From: Candidatus Parcubacteria bacterium
Lineage (GTDB): Bacteria > Patescibacteriota > Patescibacteriia > UBA1558 > GWA2-36-10
Direction: 5' to 3'
DNA length: 64,000 bases
Assembly (NCBI GenBank): GCA_018669975.1
Contig: JABHSK010000008.1
Location: 2,622 to 66,621, forward strand
Part shown: positions 8,919 to 19,395 of the stretch, piece by piece
Layout of the letters: each line of letters starts with the position of its first letter
Position numbering within the stretch: position 1 is the first letter of the stretch
The notes under the pieces: model-generated
Seen by the model: the letters and a program-made list of their open reading frames with translations, nothing else
Told to the model about the DNA's origin: nothing
The model's database searches: none
Position numbers and translations under genes: made by a program

Positions 8919-9259
8919 TATATTTTTTTGTAGCTTTCAAAGTGTATTCCGTCATCAGTAAATACTCCAGTAACCTTATATTTTCCTTTAGTAAACATTT
9001 GTTTATTTTCTAAGAAGTGTGTAGCCTCTAAAATAACAATGCTAGCCCTAGGTCGTGACAGAACTTCATTACCTTTTGTTTCTAATAAAGGGATTTCACC
9101 GTGAAGCCAATAATTTCTTTGACCACCCTTTAAAAAGTCGTAAGTCTTTCCTGCTTTTAGGTCTTTTGGAATGCACTCTTCGGTAGCCCTGTTACCATTT
9201 TTGTGCTCTTCTATAGAGCGTAGGGCTAAATCCGGATTAAATTCAATTTGGATACCCAT
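8918..9259 (-). CDS. Hypothetical small protein (possible cupin-like fold)
   Basis: 113-aa ORF in an operon position upstream of trpS, with no confident motif. The ATGA-like spacing (9259/9264) to trpS suggests co-transcription. Confidence 0.45.
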   Translation of the reverse strand: MGIQIEFNPDLALRSIEEHKNGNRATEECIPKDLKAGKTYDFLKGGQRNYWLHGEIPLLETKGNEVLSRPRASIVILEATHFLENKQMFTKGKYKVTGVFTDDGIHFESYKKI

Positions 9260-9263
9260 AGTT

Positions 9264-10220
9264 TTAATTTATACCGACTATTTTATTGATTTTAGTTAAA
9301 TTTTTGTCAGCTATTTTTTGAGCATCCCTAGCTCCATGTTCTAAAATTTCATAAACTTTTTTAGGATTTTTTTCATACTCTTTTATTTTGCCTTGAACTG
9401 GTTCTAAGAATTTAATGACCACCCTACTAAGCTCTTCTTTTAATTCAGAATTCATTAGTTTGCCAGCTTTATAATCATTGACCATTTGCTGATGTTTTTT
9501 AGTGGTACCAAAATAGGAATATAGTTCTAGGAGGTTTTTTATGCCCTTGTCGTCAGCTACGGCTTTTTTTATTTTCTTTTTAATAGTCTCTGCATCATCG
9601 CGGATAGCAATGTAACTTCTGTCTCCCAGAGATTTACTCATTTTTTTACTAGGATCATGTAATGACATTACCCTGGGAGTAGGAGATAAAACAGGTTTAG
9701 TTTCTGGAAAAAATTGACCGTATTTATTATTAAATTTTCTAGCTATAATACGAGTTAATTCCAAATGTTGTAATTGATCTTCACCCACTGGTACAGCTTC
9801 GGCTAAATAGAGCAGTATGTCAGCTGCCTGCAGAACGGGATACATTAATAAGCCTGTGTTGGTGCCCTGGTGGTTGGCTTGATCAGATTTTTCTTTAAAT
9901 TGAGTCATTCGACCTAGCTCTCCAATTGGTGTAATACAATTAAATATCCAGGCCAACTCAGTGTGTCCGATTACCTTGGATTGTTGGAAAATTATTGATT
10001 TTTTAGGGTCAATGCCAACTGCTAGTAAATCTACTGTTGCATCAAAAATATTTTGATGTAATTCTTCTGGTTTCATGTTTCCACTTAAAGCGTGGTAATC
10101 GACCACAGAAAAAATACACGCATATTTATCTTGCAAGTCTACCCAATTTTTGACAGCTCCAAGATAATTACCTATGTGTATGTTGCCAGTTGGTTGTATG
10201 CCTGAGAATAAAGTTTTCAT
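9264..10220 (-). CDS. trpS: Tryptophan--tRNA ligase
   Basis: N-terminal FSGIQPTGNIHIGNYLGA (class I HIGH region typical of TrpRS) and a KMSKS motif (KMSKSLGD). Confidence 0.95.
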   Translation of the reverse strand: MKTLFSGIQPTGNIHIGNYLGAVKNWVDLQDKYACIFSVVDYHALSGNMKPEELHQNIFDATVDLLAVGIDPKKSIIFQQSKVIGHTELAWIFNCITPIGELGRMTQFKEKSDQANHQGTNTGLLMYPVLQAADILLYLAEAVPVGEDQLQHLELTRIIARKFNNKYGQFFPETKPVLSPTPRVMSLHDPSKKMSKSLGDRSYIAIRDDAETIKKKIKKAVADDKGIKNLLELYSYFGTTKKHQQMVNDYKAGKLMNSELKEELSRVVIKFLEPVQGKIKEYEKNPKKVYEILEHGARDAQKIADKNLTKINKIVGIN

Positions 10221-10546
10221 TATTTTAGTTTAAATTTTATTATTTTTACTTTTGTATCTTCATTTATTTTTTTACCTACATAATGTTTGGAAAAAGATTG
10301 ATACATCTTTTCATCACTGGAATATTTTTCATGACCATCTCGATCATCTTCTGTTAATTCAGCAAAGGTTTTTTCTTTGACCTCGGTGATTATAGCCTGA
10401 GCAAATTCAGTTTTAGTATATGAATCAAGAAAAGATATTTCATCATCGACTGATAGATTTTTGTCATCCCAAAGACGCCAGGTGGTAGTTTTACTACCCT
10501 CTAATATAAGCTCAACTAAACTAGGATGAAATTTCAGTGTTTTCAT
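10220..10546 (-). CDS. ASCH-domain (PUA-like, RNA-binding) protein
   Basis: About 108 aa with a K-x-x-T-x-R-like core (GSKTTTWRLWDD) typical of ASCH. Its stop overlaps the trpS start by 1 nt. Confidence 0.55.
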   Translation of the reverse strand: MKTLKFHPSLVELILEGSKTTTWRLWDDKNLSVDDEISFLDSYTKTEFAQAIITEVKEKTFAELTEDDRDGHEKYSSDEKMYQSFSKHYVGKKINEDTKVKIIKFKLK

Positions 10547-10591
10547 AGTATGTTAATTTTATCTGAATAAACCTTGGTGGTCAACCAAGTA

Positions 10592-10628
10592 ATAAAAAAC
10601 CGCCCTAAGTGTAGTCGAGTGGGCGGCT
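10592..10628 (-). terminator. Rho-independent terminator downstream of the minus-strand membrane-protein gene
   Basis: On the minus strand: gccgcccactcgactacacttagggcggtttttt. Confidence 0.5.
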
Positions 10629-10637
10629 TGAGTCTGT

Positions 10638-11147
10638 TTAGACTCTATAGTGTCCGGGGAGGTATTTTTTGACATGCTTGGCAGTTCTTTTGCCATGATC
10701 TTTGATTATTTGTAGTGAGTCGTGCATCCTACGGTCATTTTCAAATAAATAGGCAAAGTCATCTTTGAGGCCTTTGACTTTCTTGCCGAAGATATATTTT
10801 CTGCAGATCAGCTTGCCAAGCAAGTTTACGGGAATACAACCAAGTAGCATTAGAAAGAAGATGGTCCAGGTCATATTGGTGTTAATATGTAGGCTTGCAA
10901 ACATCATGGCAAAAACATAGAACATTGTGAGAAAGGCACTGCTCATGCCAATGTTGGATTCCATGCCGACTGCTTGGTTCATTTTTTGTAGTAATTGGAC
11001 AGTGCGGTCTTGGTCTTCTTTGGATAATCCTTGTCGGTAGATTTGTAGCTCGATGTGGTCAGTGTACATTATTACCTCTCCTTTATTGAGATGCAACTTT
11101 GCATCATGTTTTATGGAACGTGAATATGACCATATTGCCATAGACAA
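10638..11147 (-). CDS. Hypothetical membrane protein
   Basis: 169-aa ORF with 2-3 predicted TM helices. There is no family-level motif. Confidence 0.45.
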   Translation of the reverse strand: MSMAIWSYSRSIKHDAKLHLNKGEVIMYTDHIELQIYRQGLSKEDQDRTVQLLQKMNQAVGMESNIGMSSAFLTMFYVFAMMFASLHINTNMTWTIFFLMLLGCIPVNLLGKLICRKYIFGKKVKGLKDDFAYLFENDRRMHDSLQIIKDHGKRTAKHVKKYLPGHYRV

Positions 11148-11157
11148 TATTTTTTGT

Positions 11158-11190
11158 CAAAAAAAACAACCCCACTTTGGGGTTGTTTTG
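11158..11190 (-). terminator. Rho-independent terminator downstream of rnj
   Basis: Minus strand: aacaaccccaaagtggggttgtttttttt. Confidence 0.6.
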
Positions 11191-11196
11191 ATTTGA

Positions 11197-13119
11197 TTAA
11201 ACTTCTATTACAACGGGTAATATCATCGGTCGTCTTTGTGTTTTTTGGAATATAAATTGTCCCAAGTCATTACGGATTGAGTCTTTGATATATGCTTCGT
11301 TGGCCTGACCAGTAGTTTTGTGATGCTCGTTGACCACATTTTTAACTTTGGTGCGGATAGCCTCAACTATGCCCTTGTTTTCTCTCATGTATATAAATCC
11401 ACGTGAGATTATATCCGGTGAGTGTACAAGACGGCCAGTTTTACCAGAGATAGTTGTTATAACAACTACCATACCGTCTTCAGACATCATTTGTCGATCA
11501 CGTAATACGATGTGTGAGACATCGCCAACACCAAGGCCGTCTACAAAGACGTAGTCAGAATTGGCTTTTTGTTTAGTTAATTTACCAAATCCTTTTTTAT
11601 CGAATTCCATGATTTGGCCGTTATCAGGAATAAAGATTCTGTTTTCAGGAATACCTGCTCGTTGAGCTACTTTACCATGTAATTTTAAGAATGAATGGTT
11701 ACCATAGACAGGTATATGGTATCTCGGGTTAACCATCTTAGCCATTTCTAGTAAATCGTCTTGTTTAGCATGACCACCAGCATGAATGTCCATCATTTTG
11801 TAATGAACTACATCTGCTCCTTCACGATAAAGGGAGTCCTTGAGTCTTTGTACAGATCTTTCATTACCTGGAATAACGGATGATGAGAATACGACTGTAT
11901 CTCCTTTTTCAATACGAATTGATCTGTGCTCCCTGTTAGCAATACGCATCAGTACAGCTCGTCCTTCTCCTTGGGCACCAGTACAGAGGATGATGATTTT
12001 ATTGTCAGGATAGTTTTTCATATCCTTAGTTGGGATGATAGTGTCTTTTTTGACTTTCATATATCCCAGTTGTTGGGCCAGTTCAACATTTCGTTTCATG
12101 CTGAAACCCTCAACCACAACTTTTTTATTGATTCTCTCGGCTGCCCAGATGATTTGTTGGATACGACCCAATAGTGAGGCAAAGGTACCCAATATAATTC
12201 TAGCTGGAGCTTGCTTTAATATTTCATCAATATTTGTTTGAATATCACCCTCAGTCAATTGTTTGCCTGGCTCAGGTGCGTTGGTACTATCAGCCATTAG
12301 CGCTAAGACATTTTGTTTTCCCAGAGCTTTAATTTTAGCTATTTCAGTTGGTGCATCACCAGATGATTTTGGGTCTAGTTTAAAATCACCCGTGTGTACG
12401 ACTTTACCAGCTGGACTTTCGATAATTACACCAACAGATCCAGGTATGTTATGGCTAACTCCAAAGAAGCTAACACTAAATTTACCCAATCTCAATTTTG
12501 CGTTAGTAGTAATTGATTTTAGTTTCAAGCTTGGTTTATTTTTAAAGTCTTCTTGTCTTTTGGCAATGATTCCTAAGGTCAGTGGTGTGCCGTAAATAGT
12601 TGGATTGCCAAGTTGAGGTGCTAAATGCGGTACGGCACCAATATGGTCATAATGTCCATGGGTAATGATGACACCGCGGATGTTTTTTTCTTTGCCCTTT
12701 AGGTAATCAATATTAGGTATAATATAGTCAATGCCAGGCATATCTTCCTCAGGCCATTGTAGACCCATATCAACAATAACAATATCATTGTCGTATTCAA
12801 AGACAGTCATATTACGACCAACTTCTTCACAGCCACCTAAAGGTATGATACGCAATTTTTCACCTATGGGTTTAGCAGGGGGTGTAGTTTTTTTACCACC
12901 CCTATTTGGATGAGTAAACCTTGTGTTAGTTTTTTTTGTTCGTTGAAAAGTTTTTTTGGCAGCAGGTTTTTTAGCGGTCGTTTTTGTTTTAACCACATTT
13001 GTTTTTTTAGCCTTGCCAAAGTGTTTAGTTTTTTTAGCCGTACCAGTAGTTTTCTTTTTCCTAGTAACAGCAGTATCTCCTGATAATAGTTTATCAGTTG
13101 AATCTTTCATTTCTTTCAT
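11197..13119 (-). CDS. rnj: Ribonuclease J (metallo-beta-lactamase/beta-CASP RNase) with Lys-rich N-terminal extension
   Basis: IIPLGGCEEVGRNMTVFEYDNDIVIVDMG ... ITHGHYDHIGAVP (HxHxDH metallo-beta-lactamase motif) followed by beta-CASP. The N-terminal 70 aa are Lys/Thr-rich (KKTKHFGKAKKTNVVKTKTTAKK). Confidence 0.9.
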   Translation of the reverse strand: MKEMKDSTDKLLSGDTAVTRKKKTTGTAKKTKHFGKAKKTNVVKTKTTAKKPAAKKTFQRTKKTNTRFTHPNRGGKKTTPPAKPIGEKLRIIPLGGCEEVGRNMTVFEYDNDIVIVDMGLQWPEEDMPGIDYIIPNIDYLKGKEKNIRGVIITHGHYDHIGAVPHLAPQLGNPTIYGTPLTLGIIAKRQEDFKNKPSLKLKSITTNAKLRLGKFSVSFFGVSHNIPGSVGVIIESPAGKVVHTGDFKLDPKSSGDAPTEIAKIKALGKQNVLALMADSTNAPEPGKQLTEGDIQTNIDEILKQAPARIILGTFASLLGRIQQIIWAAERINKKVVVEGFSMKRNVELAQQLGYMKVKKDTIIPTKDMKNYPDNKIIILCTGAQGEGRAVLMRIANREHRSIRIEKGDTVVFSSSVIPGNERSVQRLKDSLYREGADVVHYKMMDIHAGGHAKQDDLLEMAKMVNPRYHIPVYGNHSFLKLHGKVAQRAGIPENRIFIPDNGQIMEFDKKGFGKLTKQKANSDYVFVDGLGVGDVSHIVLRDRQMMSEDGMVVVITTISGKTGRLVHSPDIISRGFIYMRENKGIVEAIRTKVKNVVNEHHKTTGQANEAYIKDSIRNDLGQFIFQKTQRRPMILPVVIEV

Positions 13120-13168
13120 AATTTTAATTAGTTTTTAATTATTATTTTAGTAAAAATCTAGATGATTT

Positions 13169-15013
13169 TTACTGAGAGAACGTTCGTCTGGTTTTAACAA
13201 ACCAAGAATTAACGTTGTTAAAACGATCAGCTGGTAAATTTATAAACTGAAGGTCATCCAGTCCTTGTAATTTATCAGTGGTCGGGTAAATGTATGTAGG
13301 GTTATATAAAAATATAGCAAAATTTAACTCAAGTAATTTTTCTTGAAAATTTTTCAAGGGCTCTAATTTATTCTCGTCAATATTTGCAGCACGTACATCT
13401 TCTAAGTGTTTATCAATATCTTTATTGGCTAACAAGCTAAGGTTTAAACCGGGGTGTTGATTTTGGCTAGAATGCCAAAAAGGGTAGGGTCCAGAGTTTA
13501 TATTAACTACTTCGCCAAATACCAATACTTGATAATCACGTGGCTCTATCACATTTTTTTTTATTTTTTCTTTACTGACTATTTCCAAATCTATTTTAAT
13601 TCCAATTTCTTCCCAGGCTTCTTTAATAATGTTAACAATTTTAACATTTTCGGATTGATCTATAGTTGTTAATTTAATTGAAAGCTCTATTGGGTCTTCA
13701 TCTTCTTCTTCACTAGCTTTTGTTCTGAATGAACCTTCTTCAGGCATTTTCCAGCCTAGTTCATCTAGAGTTACAGCAGCTTGTTCAGGAGAATATTCAG
13801 GAGCTTTTAATTCTGAATCATATCCGAGAAGTCCAGGTAAAATTGGAGTATGAATAATTTGGCCATCACCATTTAATACTTCGGTGAGTACCCTTTCTTT
13901 GTTGATACTTACAGCTAAGGCCTGACGAAATTTTTTGTCAGATAAAAGTTCATTATTTTTTGGATTGAAAAATACAGCTGTAAATTGTGGGAATTGTAAG
14001 TTGTGCAAAGAAACCTTATTCGTATCTATTTGATCTTTAAATTCTTTTGGTAAGTATATTAAACCATCAATGTTTTTATTTTCTAGAGCTGATACGCCAG
14101 TAAAAAAGTCAGGATAAAACTTGAAATGCAATTCGCTGATAAAAGCCGGAGGTAAATGATATCCTTCGTAAGCCTCTAAGGTATAATTTTTTATATTACC
14201 ACTAGTATCTCTAATCAACGATGAGAAACTATAGGGGCCAGAGCCAATTGGTTTGGTATTAAGATCAGTTAGGGACGCACTAAAAGCGGGAACGCTGTAC
14301 CACAAATGTTCAGGGACAATGCCAGTTGTTAAGATAGATAAAAACGGGGAGAATGGTTTTTCTAAATTAAACTGTATTGTCTTATCATTGATGCGTTGGA
14401 TAGTTACTCCGCTAAAGCTATTTTTTAAAGGGCTGTTGTAGTCAGGATTTTTAATACTATCTATTGTAAAGATGATGTCGTCAACAGTTATGGGTTCGTC
14501 ATCGTGCCAACGTAAATTATCACGTAATTCAAAAGTATAGGTTGTTTGTTCAGCATCTATGGTGTAGCTAGAAGCTAGGTCAGGCACTAGATTTCCCTGT
14601 TCATTAAATTTCATTAACCCAGAGAAAATTAACTTGACCAAATCTCTATCCACATCAGATGAAGCCAGGATAGGATTGACTAGGTGGGGAGCGCCTATTA
14701 GGCCTTCAGTATAACTACCTCCAAAATCAGGAATAGCTATAGAGCTTTTTATATACAGACGCCAACCAAAAATTCCAATGGCTAACACAAGAACTATTAA
14801 AGCTGTGCTTAAATTAAATTTTTCCGCTCTATTTAGAAACTTTGGTAATTGTTTGACTTGGGACCAATTGGGTATCTTCTTGTTACTCAGTTGCAATATT
14901 AATTGTTGATTAACGTCGTTTTGTTCAGATGGATTAATTCGTCCCTTTATTTTTTTATAGAAGACAAAAATATACGTACTAGTACGACGAGAATTTTTTC
15001 TAACGAAAAACAA
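13169..15013 (-). CDS. ABC transporter substrate-binding protein, family 5 (oligopeptide/nickel-type)
   Basis: Signal/anchor helix, then an SBP_bac_5-like core (LASSYTIDAEQTTYTFELRDNLRWHDDEPITVDDIIFTIDSIKNP). Confidence 0.75.
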   Translation of the reverse strand: MFFVRKNSRRTSTYIFVFYKKIKGRINPSEQNDVNQQLILQLSNKKIPNWSQVKQLPKFLNRAEKFNLSTALIVLVLAIGIFGWRLYIKSSIAIPDFGGSYTEGLIGAPHLVNPILASSDVDRDLVKLIFSGLMKFNEQGNLVPDLASSYTIDAEQTTYTFELRDNLRWHDDEPITVDDIIFTIDSIKNPDYNSPLKNSFSGVTIQRINDKTIQFNLEKPFSPFLSILTTGIVPEHLWYSVPAFSASLTDLNTKPIGSGPYSFSSLIRDTSGNIKNYTLEAYEGYHLPPAFISELHFKFYPDFFTGVSALENKNIDGLIYLPKEFKDQIDTNKVSLHNLQFPQFTAVFFNPKNNELLSDKKFRQALAVSINKERVLTEVLNGDGQIIHTPILPGLLGYDSELKAPEYSPEQAAVTLDELGWKMPEEGSFRTKASEEEDEDPIELSIKLTTIDQSENVKIVNIIKEAWEEIGIKIDLEIVSKEKIKKNVIEPRDYQVLVFGEVVNINSGPYPFWHSSQNQHPGLNLSLLANKDIDKHLEDVRAANIDENKLEPLKNFQEKLLELNFAIFLYNPTYIYPTTDKLQGLDDLQFINLPADRFNNVNSWFVKTRRTFSQ

Positions 15014-15072
15014 AGTTTTCTTTATGATTGACGAGAAAGGTTTTATGAGCTTGTTTTAATTATTAACTATAA

Positions 15073-15291
15073 TTAGTCAACGAAAAGATTAGCCAAAGCA
15101 GTGGCTAAGAATAAAACACTTAAAAGTATAGTAATCCTAAAAATAAATTTTTCGGCTCCTCTCTTGGTGCGATAAACTGCGCTGTCTCCGCCGAAAGCAG
15201 AACCAAGTCCGGACCCTTTTTGTTGCATCAAAATAACGATAATCAAAAGAATCGAAATCACGATCTGAGCAATGTAAAGAATGTTTTTCAT
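15073..15291 (-). CDS. secG: Preprotein translocase subunit SecG
   Basis: 72 aa: two TM helices flanking LMQQKGSGLGSAFGGDS, the SecG signature. Confidence 0.8.
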   Translation of the reverse strand: MKNILYIAQIVISILLIIVILMQQKGSGLGSAFGGDSAVYRTKRGAEKFIFRITILLSVLFLATALANLFVD

Positions 15292-15388
15292 TGTTTGAGC
15301 GAATAAATTAACTACCTTATACTAGCAAATACAGGGTATTTTGTCAAGTGAATAGAGTATTGGTTTTTTTGGTCTCAACCTTTAATTC

Positions 15389-15417
15389 TTGACGCAGCAG
15401 TAAATCCGTGATACTAT
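15389..15417 (+). promoter_or_regulatory. Sigma70-like promoter upstream of uvrA (TTGACG-17-TACTAT)
   Basis: TTGACG at 15389-15394, a 17-nt spacer, TACTAT at 15412-15417, about 45 nt upstream of the uvrA ATG. Confidence 0.4.
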
Positions 15418-15460
15418 GGTCGAGATTAGTGTTTTTAAATTTATAAAATACAAATAAATT

Positions 15461-18313
15461 ATGCCAAAAGATATTATTATCAAGGGGGCAAAAGTACACA
15501 ATCTCAAAAATATAGATGTTAAAATTCCACGTGATAAATTTGTAGTGGTAACAGGCCTTTCTGGTTCAGGAAAGTCTTCTTTAGCATTTGATACTATTTA
15601 TGCCGAAGGACAGAGGCTCTATGTAGAGTCACTATCAGCCTATGCTAGGCGTTTTTTAGATATGATGGATAAGCCAGATGTAGAACGCATCGAGGGCTTG
15701 TCACCAGCTATATCTATTAGTCAAAACTCTTCTTCTCGTAATCCTCGTTCAACAGTAGGAACCATTACGGAAATTTATGATTACATGAGACTTTTGTTTG
15801 CTAAGGTTGGAACACCCTTTTGTCATAAATGTGGGCAAGCTCTAGTTAAGCAAGTATTGCAGCAAATTGCAGACCAAATTTGGGCCTTACCAGCTGAGAC
15901 AGCCTTTATGTTGCTCTGCCCAATTGTGCGTGAGAAAAAAGGTGAACATCGTAAAGCTTGGGAAAGAGTAAAGTTGGCTGGTTATAAAAAGGTTAGGGTC
16001 GATGGCGAGATAATAAATATTGATGAAGCTGAAAAACTAGACTTAGATAAATATAAACAACACACCATTGAAATAGTGATTGATCAGCTACGTAGAGATG
16101 GTAATAAAAAAACCAAATCACATTTGTCAGATGTTTTAAAAGTAGCCTTAGATTTGGGTAATGGTTTTGTGACTGTACATATTCCCAAAGAAGGTGAAGA
16201 TATGAATTTTAGCCAGCACTTTACCTGCCCCGATCATCGGGAGGTTAATTTTGCTAGCATTGAGGCTCGTGATTTTTCATTTAATAATCCCCATGGTGCC
16301 TGTCCAGCCTGTACAGGTCTAGGTACAAAGCTTTTAGTTGATCCAGAGTTGGTTATGCCAAATAAGAGACTGTCCATAGCAGAGGGTGCTATTAGGCCTT
16401 GGTCAAGAACCGCTGCTAATCAAGGTTGGTACAATGCTATTTTAGAAGCAGTAGCTAAAAAATATAAGTTTTCTACTAGAACTGCGGTTGGTAAGCTTAG
16501 CAAAAAACAAGTAGAAGTAATATTGAAGGGTACTGGTAGTACAGAATATAAATTAGACTGGAGTGGTGATAAATTTTCTGGTGACCACAGACGCACCTTT
16601 GAGGGTGTAATGCCGAACTTAGAAAGAAGATATAGAGAGACTGATTCAGATTATATTCGCAGTGAGATTGAAAGATACATGAGAATAGAGATTTGCGAAT
16701 CATGTCATGGAAAAAGGTTAAAACCAGAAATTTTAAGTATTAGAGTAAATAATAAAAATATTTCAGAAGTATCCTCTTTTAATATTACCGAACTGCAGAA
16801 GCTTTTTAACGGTTTGCCAAAGAAGATTAGTGAAACGCAGTTGATTATTGCTAGGCAGATTATCAAAGAGATAAAAGAACGTTTGAATTTTTTACATAAT
16901 GTTGGTTTAGACTATCTAACTTTAGATAGGTCAGCTACCACCTTATCAGGCGGTGAAGCACAACGTATTCGTTTAGCCACACAGATTGGGTCCTCATTAA
17001 CTGGTGTTTTATATATTTTAGATGAGCCATCCATTGGACTGCATCAACGTGATAATAAGAGGTTGATAGAGACTCTTAAAAAGTTACGTGATTTAGGCAA
17101 TACAGTTATTGTGGTAGAGCACGATGAAGAAACTATATTGTCCGCGGACCATGTAATTGATATTGGTCCAGGAGCAGGTAAGCATGGTGGAGAAGTTACA
17201 GCTCAAGGTACACCCAGTGTAGTTAAAAAGAATAAGAAGTCTTTGACTGGAAAATATTTATCAGGAGTAATGTCTATACCAGTGCCGAAGAAAAAACGTA
17301 AGGGTAATGGTAAAACATTGTCTATTTTGGGAGCCTCTGAATTTAATCTTAAAGATATTGATATAAATTTACCCCTAGGTAAATTTATTAGCATTACCGG
17401 AGTTTCAGGTTCAGGTAAGTCTACTTTAATGACCGGAATTTTATCTAAGGCGCTATCTAAACACTTTTATCGTTCTAAAGATAAGCCTGGTCAGCATAAA
17501 GAAATTAAAGGCTTGGATAATGTAGATAAGGTAATTAGTATAGATCAGTCACCTATTGGCCGTACTCCAAGGTCTAATCCAGCTACCTATACTGGAGTCT
17601 TTACTTATATCAGGGATTTATTTGCTGAATTACCAGAAGCAAAGTTACGTGGTTATAAAGCTGGTCGTTTTAGCTTTAATGTTAAAGGTGGCCGTTGTGA
17701 AAATTGTCAGGGTGATGGTGTCATCAAGATTGAAATGAATTTTTTACCCAATGTTTATGTTGAGTGTAAAGAGTGTCATGGCCGACGTTATAATAATGAT
17801 GCTTTGGAGATTCACTATAAGAGCAAGGACATATCGGAGATATTAAAAATGACAGCTGAAGAAGCAATGAATTTTTTCTCTGATATACCTAATATTTTTA
17901 ATAAACTTAAAACCTTAGTAGACGTTGGTCTGGGCTATATTAGGCTAGGTCAGCCAGCCACCACCTTGTCAGGCGGTGAAGCACAGAGAATTAAGCTGGC
18001 CACTGAGTTGTCACGTCGTTCATCAGGTAAAACTTTATATATTCTAGATGAGCCGACCACTGGTTTGCATTTTGATGATATAAAACGTTTATTGGAAGTT
18101 CTGCATCGATTGGTAGACAAGGGCAATACGGTTTTAGTGATAGAACACAATCTAGATGTTATTAAAAGTTCTGATTGGGTAATAGATTTAGGTCCAGAGG
18201 GTGGTGACAAAGGAGGTTATATAGTAGCCGAAGGTACGCCGCAGCAAGTTTCTAAGGTTAAGGAAAGCTATACAGGACAATATTTAGCAGAAATTTTTAA
18301 GAGAAAGAAATAA
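15461..18313 (+). CDS. uvrA: Excinuclease ABC subunit A
   Basis: [60 protein letters not shown], two ABC modules ([12 protein letters not shown] ×2) and zinc-finger Cys clusters. Confidence 0.95.
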   Translation: MPKDIIIKGAKVHNLKNIDVKIPRDKFVVVTGLSGSGKSSLAFDTIYAEGQRLYVESLSAYARRFLDMMDKPDVERIEGLSPAISISQNSSSRNPRSTVGTITEIYDYMRLLFAKVGTPFCHKCGQALVKQVLQQIADQIWALPAETAFMLLCPIVREKKGEHRKAWERVKLAGYKKVRVDGEIINIDEAEKLDLDKYKQHTIEIVIDQLRRDGNKKTKSHLSDVLKVALDLGNGFVTVHIPKEGEDMNFSQHFTCPDHREVNFASIEARDFSFNNPHGACPACTGLGTKLLVDPELVMPNKRLSIAEGAIRPWSRTAANQGWYNAILEAVAKKYKFSTRTAVGKLSKKQVEVILKGTGSTEYKLDWSGDKFSGDHRRTFEGVMPNLERRYRETDSDYIRSEIERYMRIEICESCHGKRLKPEILSIRVNNKNISEVSSFNITELQKLFNGLPKKISETQLIIARQIIKEIKERLNFLHNVGLDYLTLDRSATTLSGGEAQRIRLATQIGSSLTGVLYILDEPSIGLHQRDNKRLIETLKKLRDLGNTVIVVEHDEETILSADHVIDIGPGAGKHGGEVTAQGTPSVVKKNKKSLTGKYLSGVMSIPVPKKKRKGNGKTLSILGASEFNLKDIDINLPLGKFISITGVSGSGKSTLMTGILSKALSKHFYRSKDKPGQHKEIKGLDNVDKVISIDQSPIGRTPRSNPATYTGVFTYIRDLFAELPEAKLRGYKAGRFSFNVKGGRCENCQGDGVIKIEMNFLPNVYVECKECHGRRYNNDALEIHYKSKDISEILKMTAEEAMNFFSDIPNIFNKLKTLVDVGLGYIRLGQPATTLSGGEAQRIKLATELSRRSSGKTLYILDEPTTGLHFDDIKRLLEVLHRLVDKGNTVLVIEHNLDVIKSSDWVIDLGPEGGDKGGYIVAEGTPQQVSKVKESYTGQYLAEIFKRKK

Positions 18314-18407
18314 ACCTATTTATTATTTTAAGTCCCTCCGCCGTTTGGTGGGGGGATTTTATGTTGCTAAAAAGGGTTATATTTAGTAATATATTATTAT
18401 AGACATT

Positions 18408-19373
18408 ATGACAAATTTAGAAAAATCTATTTTAAAAACGCTGATATTTTTCGATATTTTTGATTATCCTTTGACCGCTACTGAAATTTGGAAATGGCTT
18501 TATCGGCCAGGTAAAAAATATAGCTTATCACAAGTCAGGCAGACTTTGTCTGATAGTCAGTTTTTGAATAAGAAAATAGATAGTGCAGAAGGTTTTTATG
18601 GTCTTCAGGGAAGGATACATATTTTTCTTCGCAGTAAACATAATAATAATTTAGCCGAGAGAAAGTTTGCTAAAGCAGTACGCCTAGCTAAGCTTTATCG
18701 TTTTATTCCTTTTGTGCGTATGATAGCTATAGTTAATTCTTTAGCCTATAGTAATGCCAAAGAAAATAGTGATATAGATTTTTTCATTATCACTAAACGA
18801 AATAAAATTTGGTTGGCGCGTTTCTTTTCGATATTTTTTGTTAGAATGTTTGGTCTGCGTCCAAGTACCGAGAGTAATCGAGATGCTTTTTGTATGAGTT
18901 TTTTTATTGAGGAGGATAGTCTGAACATCAAGAATATTATGCTGCATAGTAAAGATATATATATGCCCTATTGGGTGCAGCAAATGTTGCCAATCTATGA
19001 TCCAGATGGTTTACATCAAAAATTTTTGGAGGCCAATAGTTGGTTTAGAGATTATCTACCCAATGGTTATGCTAATCAATTCTCTAAAGAAGTTAAAGAA
19101 AATTTTTGGACACGCTTATTTGGAAACATTTTTGGCTTTGTGGTTTCACCGCCGATTATTAGTCGTTGGTTAAACAATGTCTATCGTCGAGTGCAAACAA
19201 ATATTATTGATAATAATTTAAAATCACTAGTCAACATAGACACTAGGGTAATCATCAATGAAAAGATGCTTAAGTTTCACGCTAATGACCGTCGAGAAAT
19301 TTTTTATAAAAAATGGCGTGAGAAAGTTTCTAAGATCATTAAACCCAACTCAGAACTTATAATAAATAGGTAA
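18408..19373 (+). CDS. Hypothetical protein with nucleotidyltransferase-like (Pol-beta superfamily) motif
   Basis: ...NAKENSDIDFFIITK resembles the [GS]-x-D-x-D NTase motif. It lies directly upstream of cell-envelope polymer genes. Confidence 0.35.
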   Translation: MTNLEKSILKTLIFFDIFDYPLTATEIWKWLYRPGKKYSLSQVRQTLSDSQFLNKKIDSAEGFYGLQGRIHIFLRSKHNNNLAERKFAKAVRLAKLYRFIPFVRMIAIVNSLAYSNAKENSDIDFFIITKRNKIWLARFFSIFFVRMFGLRPSTESNRDAFCMSFFIEEDSLNIKNIMLHSKDIYMPYWVQQMLPIYDPDGLHQKFLEANSWFRDYLPNGYANQFSKEVKENFWTRLFGNIFGFVVSPPIISRWLNNVYRRVQTNIIDNNLKSLVNIDTRVIINEKMLKFHANDRREIFYKKWREKVSKIIKPNSELIINR

Positions 19374-19395
19374 ATTTATACAATAAAATAAAAAT

